Shown here piece by piece: positions 19,266-29,298 of a stretch of 64,000 nt of DNA; within the stretch, counting starts at the first letter, position 1; every line of letters begins with the position of its first letter. The notes beneath the pieces were generated by a model that worked only from the letters and a program-made list of their open reading frames with translations, was not told the DNA's origin and ran no database searches. The stretch lies in contig OZ220495.1 in assembly GCA_965116225.1 (NCBI GenBank), positions 149,405-213,404 on the forward strand. The letters run 5' to 3'. Made by a program: the position numbers and the translations under genes. The stretch comes from Dehalococcoidia bacterium. Its GTDB lineage: Bacteria > Chloroflexota > Dehalococcoidia > Bin125.

Positions 19266-19590
19266 TCAGAGCCGACTGAAGATTGCCGTCATCATCCCGA
19301 ACATGCCCGCGAACCCCAGACCGATCGCCCGGGTCATCAGGGTGAGACGCTTCTGCAATTCCCCGAATCGCTGATCCATCTCGCGCTACAACGAATCCCG
19401 CATCTCGGCGCGGACCTACGCCAGGCCGTCCTGCAACTCCTGTCGCGCGCCGTCTGCGAAATCACCCGGGTCAGACCGAGCTCGAACGCTTGCCGATCGA
19501 CGCCTGATCCATCCCCGCCTCGACCAGCCCCTCCTCAAGATCGTCCGACTATGCCTCAATCGCCGGCTCGCGCATCGTCTCAGTCGTCAT
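19266..19590 (-). pseudogene. Decayed copy 1 of a small DUF1640-like coiled-coil/TM gene
   Basis: Homologous to 22680-23145, but has an in-frame TAG after MTTETMREPAIEA and lacks the coiled-coil expansion. Confidence 0.5.
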
Positions 19591-19779
19591 GCCCTTGCCT
19601 CCGCTTTCTGCATACCGCATCCCCATCTCCTCTGCGGAACGCCGCGAACGAGGCGGAGGCGGAGTTGTGCGACTCCATCCCTCGGGCTGGCCGCCGTCCT
19701 CGTCGGCGCCATGCTATCGGGGCAGCGTGAGGTCGGTTGCGGTCCTTGCGCTGGCGCCCCGCCAGGCGCGGGTTGCATT

Positions 19780-20400
19780 GGTCAGTGCCCGATTGGGTTC
19801 CCGACGATCGTTGCGATGGTTGCGTTGCTGGCGCGAGTGGTGGCTGTCGCTGAGGGGCCATTCGGGGTTCTTGGCGATCGTTGCGAAGATTGAGGCGGCG
19901 TCAGGTGCGTCTCTGGCGGTGGTTGCGGTGGTTGGCATGCCGATCCGAGGGCGATGTTGGCGTTGATGGCATCGGTCGCCATCGGTTCGATCATTCGTGC
20001 GGCGGATATGGCGACAATTGTGGTGGTTGCGGTTGGCTTCCTGATGTCGGTTGCTCAGCTGACGCGGGTCGCGATTGCGTTCCCAAGGTTAGTTGCGATA
20101 GTTAATATCGCTCGTTCGAGAGCGGCGTTGGCGTTAATGGCATCGATCGCCATCGGTTCGATGATCCGCGTGGGAGATATGGCGACGGGTGCGTTCCTGG
20201 CGTGAGTTGCGTTGGCTGGGAGTGATAGCAGTTATCGGGTTGGATGCGATGGTCGGCTCGGCGGCGCTTGTGCGCCTGGCGACGACGGGAGCGATTGAGT
20301 TGCGGTTGGGTTCCCGGCGATCGTTGAGTTGCCGATGCCGGTTGCGCGCCCGGCTGCGGTTACGTTGATTGCGTTGGAATGCGGATCGACGTTATAGCTC
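19780..20400. repeat. Degenerate tandem repeats (period about 170 bp, GTTGCG/GATGGC-rich); probably a decayed coding repeat related to the big paralogues
   Basis: ggcgttgatggcatcggtcgccatcggttcgat... recurs at 19957 and 20127. A related segment at 22430-22620 flanks a paralogue C-terminal fragment. Confidence 0.5.
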
Positions 20401-20436
20401 CCTCGTTGGCTTTCTGGCGATGGTTGGGGCGTTGCG

Positions 20437-20476
20437 GCGCTCGCGGGGGCGGGCCGACCGCGCGTCGGCCCGCCCC
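20437..20476 (-). terminator. Perfect 17-bp GC hairpin downstream of the FN3 gene
   Basis: cgcgggggcgggccgac cgcgcg gtcggcccgcccccgcg. Confidence 0.5.
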
Positions 20477-20489
20477 CGCGATCAGCGGT

Positions 20490-21659
20490 CTACTTGCTCC
20501 ACCAGCCGTAGTGGCGGCTCTTCGACCATTGTCCGCATTGGTCGGAGTAGGCCTCCACCTGCACGCGCAGATAATGACCGGTGCCAGTCGGCAGACCGGT
20601 CACTGTCTTCGACAGCGTCGCAGCGGCGGAGCGGAAGTACTCGTCCGCGTAATCCACGTCGGTATACGCGTCGAGGTAGACGTAGTAGTTGTACTCGATC
20701 ATTTGCGCCGCGTACTTGGTCGCCTGGTTGCCGCCGGCGCTGACGTAGGCGCAGCGCTTGTCGCGCTTGCCACCGATGGCTCGCGGCTTCTGCCAGCTGA
20801 TCGTCACCTCACCCGACGTGCTCGTATCGACGCTCAGGTCGCGCACCGGAAACGGCGCGCGCAACTTCCGCGTCGCCGGCGCAGACGGATTCGTGTTCGA
20901 CGCCGACGTCCAGAAAAACGCCGTCGCCAACTCCGATTCCTCCCCGCAACCGTCCTCCGACTCCGCGTACACCTCCACGTAATGCCGGTACGGATAGTTC
21001 AACTCGTCCACGTACCAACTCGTACCGCTATCGATGCGCAGCGACTCGGCCACCATCGGCATCGTCGGCGCCACCTCGTACACGCGCACGAAGTAGCCGG
21101 CCGTGGGACAATAGCCGCCGTCGCCGTGGCCGCCGCTCGTCCAGGAAATCAGGGCGCTATCGTAGCCCGCCTGCACCGTCAACCCGGTCGGCGTACTGGG
21201 CAACGTTCCAGCCGCGCCGTACGGCTTGGCGCTGACCGTATCCGAGGCCGGGCCGATCCCGCCTGAGTTCTTGGCCCGCAGCTCGAAGCTGTAGCTCACC
21301 CCGCTGCCGTCCAGCGACCTGACCCGGTAGAAATCCGTCCAGCTGCCGCCGGCCGCAGTCCAGCTCCCCCAGGCGCCACTGCCCTTGCGCTGCCGATATT
21401 CGTAATTGTCGATGGCCCGAACCTCCGCCATCGACGGATGATTCCACTTCAGCGTGACCGATCGCGGCCCCGCAGTGGCGAACAACCCCTCCGGCTTGGT
21501 CAGCGTCACGCTCTGCCCGAGCGCCGACTCCGAGCCGAACGCGACCAGCCCGACCAGCAATCCGGCCATCGCCAGCAGACCCCAACGAGTCAGGAACCGA
21601 GACCTGTGATCAGCACGCAATATGCGAAGAGGGGCGTTGAGCCCTGGTGGGTAAGACAT
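20490..21659 (-). CDS. Secreted fibronectin type III domain protein
   Basis: ATG 21659 (MSYPPGLN...RWGLLAMAGLLVGLVAFGSESALGQS, signal peptide). FN3-like motifs (SVTLKWNHP, YEYRQRKGSGAWGSW, YSFELRAKN). Confidence 0.7.
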   Translation of the reverse strand: MSYPPGLNAPLRILRADHRSRFLTRWGLLAMAGLLVGLVAFGSESALGQSVTLTKPEGLFATAGPRSVTLKWNHPSMAEVRAIDNYEYRQRKGSGAWGSWTAAGGSWTDFYRVRSLDGSGVSYSFELRAKNSGGIGPASDTVSAKPYGAAGTLPSTPTGLTVQAGYDSALISWTSGGHGDGGYCPTAGYFVRVYEVAPTMPMVAESLRIDSGTSWYVDELNYPYRHYVEVYAESEDGCGEESELATAFFWTSASNTNPSAPATRKLRAPFPVRDLSVDTSTSGEVTISWQKPRAIGGKRDKRCAYVSAGGNQATKYAAQMIEYNYYVYLDAYTDVDYADEYFRSAAATLSKTVTGLPTGTGHYLRVQVEAYSDQCGQWSKSRHYGWWSK

Positions 21660-21894
21660 CCGAACATCTCCTGTGCATCTCCAACGATGCCAGCGCCCAA
21701 CCCGAGCGCCCGGCGATAGCGGCACATTAGCCACGACGCCCGCAGCCGATCAAACGCGCCAAGCGATATTCGGTAACCTTCGCCCGAATCGAGTTAAGCG
21801 GAACAAGCTTATCGTCGACCAAATTCGTTATGCTCGCGCCCGGCGCGAGCGCGGCGACGCACCGAGCAGGTGGAACGTCGGCGAGCAGCGCGGT

Positions 21895-22143
21895 TCAGAG
21901 AGCCGATTCAGCATCACGCTGAGCATCGCGCTCATTAAGCCAAACATACCCGCGAACCTGTGCCAAGCCGTCCTGCAATTCCCAGCGGGTCGCCGTCTGC
22001 GAGATCACCCGCGTCAGACCCAGCTCGAGCGCCTGCCGGTAGGCCCGCGCCGACGCCTGATCCATCCCCGTCTCGACCAACCCTTCCTCCAGATCGTCCG
22101 ACCATGACTCAATCACCGGGTCGCGCACTGTCTCAGTTGTCAT
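21895..22143 (-). pseudogene. Copy 2 of the DUF1640-like small gene; TM segment lost by frameshift/deletion
   Basis: MTTETVRDPVIESWSDDLEEGLVETGMDQASARAYRQALELGLTRVISQTATRWELQDGLAQVRG, then out of frame relative to copy 3. Fused directly to the paralogue fragment upstream. Confidence 0.45.
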
Positions 22144-22199
22144 GCCGTCGCCTCCGTCGTCGGCATACCGCATCCCCTGAGCGGCGGCGCTGCGCTGGC

Positions 22200-22500
22200 G
22201 ACGCGAGACCAGACCGAACATCTCCGACGCCGTCGATTCGACATCGCAAGTCCAGGTGGCGAAACCGGTCAAGGCGCTCAGGCAGTCCAGACTCGCCTCG
22301 GCCGGCGTCGCCGACCCGGCCCGCCCGCCGTGCTGATCAGCACCTCGACGTCGCGCTCCGGCGTCGAATCGCCCGACACCGTCGCCCGCACCACCGACCG
22401 ACCGTCGCCGACCACGGTCAGCGCAGCGAAGATTGAGTCGGCGTCGGGCGCGGCGCTGGCGGTCGTTGCGAAGGTTGGGTTGCTAGCGCGAGGGCAGCGT
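22200..22500 (-). pseudogene. Fragment of a fourth Big_1 paralogue (C-terminal region only, frameshifted)
   Basis: Encodes VVRATVSGDSTPERDVEVLISTAG and LDCLSALTGFATWTCDVESTASEMFGLVS in two different frames. Lacks the last ~60 codons and the terminator. Confidence 0.55.
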
Positions 22501-22679
22501 TGGCGACGGTGGCGTCTGTCGAGTAGGCGGCGCCTGGAGTTATGCGATGTCAGTTGCTCAAGTCGCATAGGTTGCGATTGCGTTCCTTGCGGCGGCGTGA
22601 TGCCGACGCCCTACACGGGAATCACGGACCGGCCAAGGACGAGGAAAAGGCCAGCAAGCGAAGTGGCGGCCCGCAGGGC

Positions 22680-23145
22680 TCAGAGCCGAACGAGGAGCGC
22701 GGTCATAAACCCGAACACGCCCACGAACCCCAGACCCACCGTCCAGGTCAACAGATTGAGCCGCTTCTGCATCTCCCCGAAGCGCTGATCCATCTCCCGC
22801 TGCAACTGATCCCGTATCTCCCGCATCTCAGCGCGCAACTGGTCGCCCATTTCCTTCATCTCAGCGCGCAGCTGTTCCCGCATCTCCCCCATCTCCCGAC
22901 GCAGGTCGCCCATCTCCCCGCGAACTTGCGCCAAGCCCTCATGTAGCTCTTGCCGACCCTGCGCCAAGCCGTCCTGCAGCTCCTGCCGCGTTGCTGTCTG
23001 CGAGATCACCCGCGTCAGACCCAGATCGAACGCCTGCCGATAGGCGTGCGCCGATGCCTCATCCATCCCCACCTCGACCAGCCCCCTCCTCCAGATCGTC
23101 CGACCATGCCTCAATCACCGGGTCGCGCACTGTCTCAGTCGTCAT
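22680..23145 (-). CDS. DUF1640-like small coiled-coil protein with C-terminal TM, copy 3 (frameshift at a G5 run near the 5' end)
   Basis: From ATG 23145 the frame breaks after EEG (gaggagggggctggtc; copy 2 has one fewer G). Downstream frame gives MDEASAHAYRQAFDLGLTRVISQTATRQELQDGLAQ...LRAEMKEMGDQLRAEMREIRDQLQREMDQRFGEMQKRLNLLTWTVGLGFVGVFGFMTALLVRL. Confidence 0.5.
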
Positions 23146-23249
23146 GCCGTCGCCTCCGTCGTCGGCATACCGCATCCCCTAGGCGGGGCTCGGTCAGGCC
23201 CGCGCGGGGGTGCGGCATGACCGTAGGGCTAGCGCGCCGTTAACTACAA

Positions 23250-23281
23250 GTGGGGCGGGGCCTTGCGACCCCACCCCACTC
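23250..23281 (-). terminator. Conserved hairpin downstream of paralogue C
   Basis: agtggggcgggg ccttgcga ccccaccccact. Confidence 0.45.
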
Positions 23282-23305
23282 GGGCTGTTCGCCGTTCCTT
23301 GGCGG

Positions 23306-25845
23306 CTAGTTGCTGATGTAGAGGATGTCCGAGCGGCCGACGGCGAAGTCGCTGGAGCCGGGCACCATCGTCCCATCGACCACCGAGTAGCGGACCCAGG
23401 CGGAGCCGTTCCACAGGTGGACGGCGCTGGCGCCCCGACCCGAGACCAGGCCGAACACCTCCGACGCCGTCGATTCGACATCGCAGGTCCAGGTGGCGAA
23501 GCCGCTCAAAGCGCTGAGACAGTCCAGGCTCACCGCCTGGGCCGGCGCCTCGGGCGCGCCCGCCGTGCTGATCAGCACCTCGACGTCGCGCGCCGGCGTC
23601 GAGTCGTCCGAGACCGTGGCGCGCACCACCGCGCGACCGGCCCCGACCACGGTCAGCGTCGTCGAGGCTTTGCCGGCTACCGTCAGCGCCGACGTATCGT
23701 CCAGCACCGCCACCGCATCGTCGTCGCCGACCAGGTCCGACACCCCGAACGCCACCATGGTGCCGTCCGCCACCGCGTTGCCGTCGGCATCGACGACCAT
23801 CACGCTCGCGGCGACGCCCTGACCGATCTCGGTCGCCGGCACCGGCTCCAGCGTCAGATCGACGCTGTCCGCCGCCCCCACGACTATGAGCGTGGTTGAC
23901 GCCTTCAGCGTCCCCGACGTCACCTCCAGCGTGTACGTCCCCGCCGCCAGCGCCGATGTGATCGCCGCGTCGATGTCCAGCATCAGACTGCTCATCATCG
24001 AACCCGACTGCGTCGTCTCGTACTTGCTCTGCGCCACCAGCGCGCCGCCCGACGTCTTCAGCATCGCGCTCACGGTCGGTACCGTAACCGCCGAACCGGA
24101 GGCGTCCGTCGCGTCAAGCATGAACGAAATCTGGTCGCGCGCGTCCGTGCCGCTATCCGCCTTGGTCGCCGCGTTGTAGTCGGCCGCCTCGTCGTTGCCG
24201 ACGTTGTAGCCCAACACATTGCTGGGCGCCGCGCCGATGCTCAGCGAGGTGGCCGGACCCGAGAACCTGATCTGGACCGGGTCGGGTCGATGCACCGTGC
24301 CGCCCGAGATCACGGTTGCGGTCACCGTCGCCGTACCCGGCGACGCCGGCGCCTTGAGCTGAATCCGCATCTTGGCCGGCAATGGATCGCCCGAGGCCCG
24401 CAGACTGGTCAGGTCGAGCTCGCAGGCCGCCTGGCCGTTGCTCTTGCACTTTGCCTTCTGGTCGACCAGGGCGCCGGCCGGGCCGATCTGCTCGGTCGAC
24501 AGCGTCCCGCCCGTGGTCGTGATCACAATCGACGAGACCGCGCTCGCCTCCGACGGCTGGTTGCTCCCGCTCAACACCGACAGCGACAATTCCGTCGTGC
24601 CCGTGCCCGCCATAATCGTGGACGGCTCCGTTGTCGACGCGTCATCGATGTAGCCGTCCTTGGGCGTCGTATCCGTATCGCCCGCCACCGCCTTGCGCGG
24701 CGAACTGGGGCCGAAACTCACCGCCCCCACCTGGTTCGCCGTCGGACTCACCGTCAGCACCTTCGTGACCGTAATCGGCGTCGCGTCAACCGCGCCCCGC
24801 TGTCCCTTGACCGTCACCGGGTAATCGCCCGCCGGCGTCCCCGACGGAACGACGATCTCAATCGAGATGACGTTGGTGCCGATGGTCTTGTTGGCGCCCC
24901 CTACCTGTCCGGGGAGCGGATTGTCGCTGTCGGCGCCCGAGCACCCCGCGCCCAGGTAACTGCCGTCGCTCGAACTGCTCGTACTGATGTACTCGACTAC
25001 GCCGCCAACAGTCCTTGAGCCGCCGTAGTTATAGCGGAAGCAGGTTGCCTCAAGCGCCTGATAAATCCAGTAGCTGGCGCCCGACCTGTATGGGAATTCC
25101 TGATTGGAGACTTCGATCTTTGACCCATCCCTCGACTCGATGTACGGACCTAACGCAACCCGAGCCACGCGCACATCGGGGTCGCTATCCGCGTCATGGT
25201 CGGCGGTGGTCCAGGAGCGGCTGAGGTCTCGATCCAGATAGTCATCGGGAACGTACTCGGTGCGCAGGAAGTCGAAGTGCAGACCGGAAGCCGCGATGCT
25301 GTTCACCTGGGCGCCGTTCTTGCGGGTCACCTTGAGCTGCACGTTCGTGCCCGCCGGCACCACGCCGTCGGACTCGCCTACGAACACGATCTCCAGCGAG
25401 GGGGTCGTCTCCGGTGTGGTCGAGGGCGCCTGGTCGGCCGCGTAGGTGGTCACCGTGATCGTGTAGCGGTTCAGCGCGATCCCGTTGTCGGTCACGACGA
25501 TCTCGTAGACCGCCGAACCGGTGTCGTCGTCGCCGGTCACCCGGTCCGACGGCGTGAAGGTCACCACCCGACCCGACACCGAGGGGCTGTCCGACGCCAG
25601 CGTCTTGGTCCCGCCGCTCTTCCAGACCGCGCTGACCGTGCCCGTGCCCGGAATCGTCCGCGTGCAGGGCACTGCTACCGGCGTGCCGCCATCCCCAGCC
25701 TGGGTCACCGTGCAGGCCGGCAGCGTCGTCTGCGCCTCAGCCGGCTGCGAGACCGCCGCCAGCGCAAGCGCCAACGCGACGAGCGCTGCCCCCCCCCCCC
25801 CAATAATTTGACGCGCATGCGCGCAACGATGTGAGTCATCTTCAT
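23306..25845 (-). CDS. Big_1 repeat surface protein, paralogue C; out of frame at the G13 tract
   Basis: SD-linked start (aaagggag ATG AAG ATG at 25845/25839; MKMTHIVARMRVKLLGGGG) is in frame with the mature protein only if the tract is G11 or G14. The stop-to-stop ORF is 23306..26116. Confidence 0.65.
25789..25801 (-). repeat. Homopolymeric G13 tract in the signal-peptide region of paralogue C
   Basis: Counted directly (2+10+1 C on the plus strand). Confidence 0.8.
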
Positions 25846-25931
25846 CTCCCTTTCGCAGGATCCGTCTCCGCCCCGAACGGCCGAGGCGCACTTGGCAAGT
25901 ATCGCACGGCGTCGCATGTCGTATCGCCGTA

Positions 25932-25943
25932 CCCCCCCCCCCC
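25932..25943 (-). repeat. Second homopolymeric tract (G12) in the conserved 5' region of paralogue C
   Basis: Same position as the G9 tract of paralogue B, next to AAATTTTTTGAC and upstream of TGCGATACT. Confidence 0.6.
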
Positions 25944-26102
25944 GTCAAAAAATTTACCCGTGATTTACAATCAACGAACCCGTAACCCGTCGATTGACGT
26001 GATCCATCTCCGTCATGCCCGGCTGGCCCGGGGCTCTCGCTTGCAAGGCGGGGAACAAGACGCCCGCGCCCGGCGCGGGCATGCATGACAGGAGGCGGCG
26101 TT

Positions 26103-26942
26103 TCAGATCTCAGCATGCGCGCCGCGATGGCGCATGCGGGCGACGAAGACGGGCGGAATGTCGGGGAGATGAGCCCAGCTGAGGCGCATGGTCGGCTCGT
26201 CGGCGTCGCCCTCGCCGCCGTCGCTGATCGACGGTTCGCGGATGCCGTCGAGCACCCAGCCGCGGTCGAAGGCGGCGCTGAACAGCTCGGTCAGGGTTCG
26301 ATGGAAGTACGGCTGGAGGCTGGGTTGACCGACCGCGGCGATGCCGCGCTGCGCGCCCGTGTTCCGATAGCCGCTGATGCGCACGCCTGTTTCTTGGATC
26401 AGTTCGCCGTCCGGCGTCTCCATGCGCTCGGCGAACAGGCGCACGTCGGGTCCTGGATTGAAGGCGGGATGCAGGATCGAGAAGACGAACGGCGCGTTGT
26501 CGGCGAGGACGAGCGGGAGCATGTCGAACAGCGGCGTGATCTCGGCGATATCCATGAGCGCCATGTTGCAGACGACCGCGCCGAACGGCGCGCCGGCGGC
26601 GCCCGCCAGCGCGGCCAGGGCGGAACGATCAGTGGCGTCCAGGCGCATCCAGCGGATTTTGACGCCCGTGGAGCGCTGATCGGCTCGGTCGAGTTGCGCC
26701 TTCGAGCCGTCGGTCGCGGTCACCGCAACGCCGTGACCGGCGAGCTGTCGAGCGAAGGCGCCGTTGCCGCAGGCGATCTCCAATACCCTGTTCGGCAGCG
26801 GCTGGAGCAGCTCCAGGCTGGCGGGGAAGACCAGCGTTCGCTGCCAGTAGTTGCCCTCGTCGCCCTGGACCTGGTCCCAGAATTCAGCGTTCTGCTCCCA
26901 CGCCTCCAGCGATTCGTCGTTGTGTTCGGGATAGTCGATCAT
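26103..26942 (-). CDS. Class I SAM-dependent methyltransferase
   Basis: VLEIACGNGAFARQLAGHGVAVTATDGS (motif I). Start ATG 26942 (MIDYPEHND). Confidence 0.75.
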   Translation of the reverse strand: MIDYPEHNDESLEAWEQNAEFWDQVQGDEGNYWQRTLVFPASLELLQPLPNRVLEIACGNGAFARQLAGHGVAVTATDGSKAQLDRADQRSTGVKIRWMRLDATDRSALAALAGAAGAPFGAVVCNMALMDIAEITPLFDMLPLVLADNAPFVFSILHPAFNPGPDVRLFAERMETPDGELIQETGVRISGYRNTGAQRGIAAVGQPSLQPYFHRTLTELFSAAFDRGWVLDGIREPSISDGGEGDADEPTMRLSWAHLPDIPPVFVARMRHRGAHAEI

Positions 26943-27028
26943 GGCGAACCGCGCTCGTTGATACCGTAAGCGCAAAACCAGACCGTAATGAGGCCGCGCC
27001 GCGGGCTGCGGCGGCTGCTCGCCTCGGC

Positions 27029-28030
27029 GTGCGGAAGATCACTGTATCCCAAATGCGGCAGGGGGACATCATGAGCGCACCGCTACCCGTGATCATCCAG
27101 GGGCTGGGACCGATCGGATTGCGAATCGCCGAAGCGGCGCTGCAGGATCCGTTGCTGGAATTGGTCGGCGCCGTCGAGATCGATCCCGATATGGTCGGCA
27201 GGCCGCTGTCCGACTTCGTCGAGCGCGCCCCCGAGATCGCCATTCGACGGTCGGTCGCGGCGGCTCGCGTGGACGCGCGCGCGGACGGCGGCATCCTCCT
27301 GCACTGCACCGGTTCCTACCTGGAGCGGGTCGCGCCGCAGATCGAGGAGGCGCTGCGGCAAGAGCTGCACGTCGTCTCGACCTGCGAGGAGCTGGCCTTC
27401 GCCCAGGCGCGACACCCGCAGCTGGCCGCCGGGCTCGACGTCCTCGCCAGACGGGCGGAACGAACGGTGCTCGGCACGGGCGTCAATCCGGGCTTCCTGA
27501 TGGATGCCCTGCCAGCCTCGCTGTCGTCGATTTCGCACAGCATCCGCTCGGTCTCGGTCAAGCGGGTGCAGGATCCGTCCCGTCGGCGCATCCCCTTCCA
27601 GGAGAAGGTGGGAATGGGCATCTCAGTCGCGCAGTGGCAGTCCAAGCGCGACGCCGGCGGCTTCGGCCACGTGGGACTCGAGGAGTCGGCGCGACTGCTG
27701 GCCTACGCGCTGGGCTGGAAGCTGGTCGACTGGCGGCACGAGATGGTTCCCTGCGAGGTTGCCGGGCGGGAACTGGTCGCCGGCACGCTCGAGACGCTGG
27801 AGGGCGCGACGTTCGACGGCCGCACGGTGCAGCTGCACTTCGAGGCCAACGCCTCGGTCGAGGCCGAGTACGACGAGATCACGGTCGATGGCACGCCGCC
27901 GCTAAAGCTGCGCTTCGAGGGCGGCGTCTTCGGCGACGACGCGACCGCGGCGGCGGTACTGCGCGCCGCGCGGGTGATCCCGCACACGCGTCGCGGGTTA
28001 ATGACGGTGCTGGACCTGCCGCTGCGCTAG
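27029..28030 (+). CDS. NAD(P)-binding DapB-like / diaminopentanoate dehydrogenase-family oxidoreductase
   Basis: Rossmann N-terminus (PVIIQGLGPIGLRIAEAAL). A start at 27071 is also possible. Confidence 0.55.
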   Translation: MRKITVSQMRQGDIMSAPLPVIIQGLGPIGLRIAEAALQDPLLELVGAVEIDPDMVGRPLSDFVERAPEIAIRRSVAAARVDARADGGILLHCTGSYLERVAPQIEEALRQELHVVSTCEELAFAQARHPQLAAGLDVLARRAERTVLGTGVNPGFLMDALPASLSSISHSIRSVSVKRVQDPSRRRIPFQEKVGMGISVAQWQSKRDAGGFGHVGLEESARLLAYALGWKLVDWRHEMVPCEVAGRELVAGTLETLEGATFDGRTVQLHFEANASVEAEYDEITVDGTPPLKLRFEGGVFGDDATAAAVLRAARVIPHTRRGLMTVLDLPLR

Positions 28031-28125
28031 ACGCCGCCCCAGCAAGCCCTCCGCGCGAGGCCCAAACCCAAGTCCGGAACGCTGATCGGCGGTCGTTAGA
28101 CTGGCGAGCGAAGGGCAGGGCGAAT

Positions 28126-28635
28126 ATGGATTTCGACGACCGAGCCTTCCGCAACGCGTTGGGCATGTTCCCCAGCGGCGTCACCGTGATCACGACCGGC
28201 ACGGCCCCAAACTTCGTTGGCATGACGGCGCAGTCGTTCTCCTCGCTATCGCTCGATCCGCCGCTGGTGCTGGTCTGCGTCGACAAGCGCGCCAGCGTGT
28301 TGCCCCTGCTCAGGGAAACCGGCGCCTACACCGTCAACATTTTGCCCGACACGGCGATGGACACGTCGAACTTCTTCGCCAGCAGCAAGCGACCGCCGCC
28401 GCCGCATCAGTTCGACGAACATGCGCACCAGCTGGGCCATACCGGCCAGCCGCGACTCGCGCAGGCGACGATGGTCTTCGACTGCCGCATCCACTCGCTG
28501 CTGGACGGCGGCGACCACGAGATCATCGTGGGCGAAGTGCAGGCGTTCGAGCGGCAGTCGGACGACGAGCCGATCCTGTTCTACGGCGGCGACTATCGCA
28601 AGCTGGCCCCGCCTGATCCGTCGATGAGCTGGTAG
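28126..28635 (+). CDS. Flavin reductase domain protein (HpaC-like)
   Basis: ATG 28126. Flavin-reductase motifs (FRNALGMFPSGVTVITT, MTAQSFSSLSLDPPLVLVCV). Confidence 0.75.
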   Translation: MDFDDRAFRNALGMFPSGVTVITTGTAPNFVGMTAQSFSSLSLDPPLVLVCVDKRASVLPLLRETGAYTVNILPDTAMDTSNFFASSKRPPPPHQFDEHAHQLGHTGQPRLAQATMVFDCRIHSLLDGGDHEIIVGEVQAFERQSDDEPILFYGGDYRKLAPPDPSMSW

Positions 28636-28677
28636 TCCGCCCGCCGACCAAATCGAACGGGTGACAAGGAAATTCAG

Positions 28678-29298
28678 ATGACGGTCCCAGGCAAAATCGG
28701 ATTGGCGCTCACGGCGACAGCGCTGGCGCTCGGCGCGATCGGATTCGCGCTGGGGCAGAGCCTCAGCGGCACGGAAGACGTGCGGATCGCCGCCAGGAAA
28801 CTGGCCGACGGCAAGATCGAATTCGCGCTGGAACAGGATGGCCAGCGCATCCTGCCGCGCTCGCGCTTCTTCCCCGCCAGCGCCCAGGTCGATCGATGGC
28901 TCAGATCGTCTCCGGTAAGTATCGACGTTGAAGCAATCCTGGCAGAGCGAATCCGCGAAACGGAGCAACAAGAGGCCATGCAGAGCAGCCGCTCGCTGTC
29001 CGGCAGCGGCGACGCTTATCAGTCCGCCGGTCATTTCGCCGCCGGGCACTATGTCTGCATAGCTGAGGTGAGCGAAAATGACAGTGGATATGGCAGCGGA
29101 CTCTTCGCCGTCACCTCATACGGCGAGGATGGTTCCTATGGTGCCTTGCACGTCAACGAGATCGAACACTCCTATCGCGCCACAACGCGTTTGATGGTTG
29201 GATCGGGATGGTCCGCCGATGTCCCGGTTGGAGAAGTGTTCTTCGATGTGGCCGCGGCGCCCCAGGGACGTTGGTCAATCGTCTGTACGCGACAGTAG
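28678..29298 (+). CDS. Secreted hypothetical protein
   Basis: Signal peptide (MTVPGKIGLALTATALALGAIGFALGQS). Confidence 0.55.
   Translation: MTVPGKIGLALTATALALGAIGFALGQSLSGTEDVRIAARKLADGKIEFALEQDGQRILPRSRFFPASAQVDRWLRSSPVSIDVEAILAERIRETEQQEAMQSSRSLSGSGDAYQSAGHFAAGHYVCIAEVSENDSGYGSGLFAVTSYGEDGSYGALHVNEIEHSYRATTRLMVGSGWSADVPVGEVFFDVAAAPQGRWSIVCTRQ

Noticed and set aside
19700-20400. CRISPR array or diversity-generating retroelement as the explanation for the degenerate repeats
   Set aside because: Repeats are ~170 bp, diverged and without regular short spacers, so not CRISPR. No reverse transcriptase gene or TR/VR pair with adenine-specific differences is present in the window, so not a DGR.
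20379-21266. Plus-strand ORF 20379..21266 (295 aa) and others opposite the FN3 gene
   Set aside because: R/A-rich antisense ORFs. The minus strand has a signal peptide and FN3 motifs.
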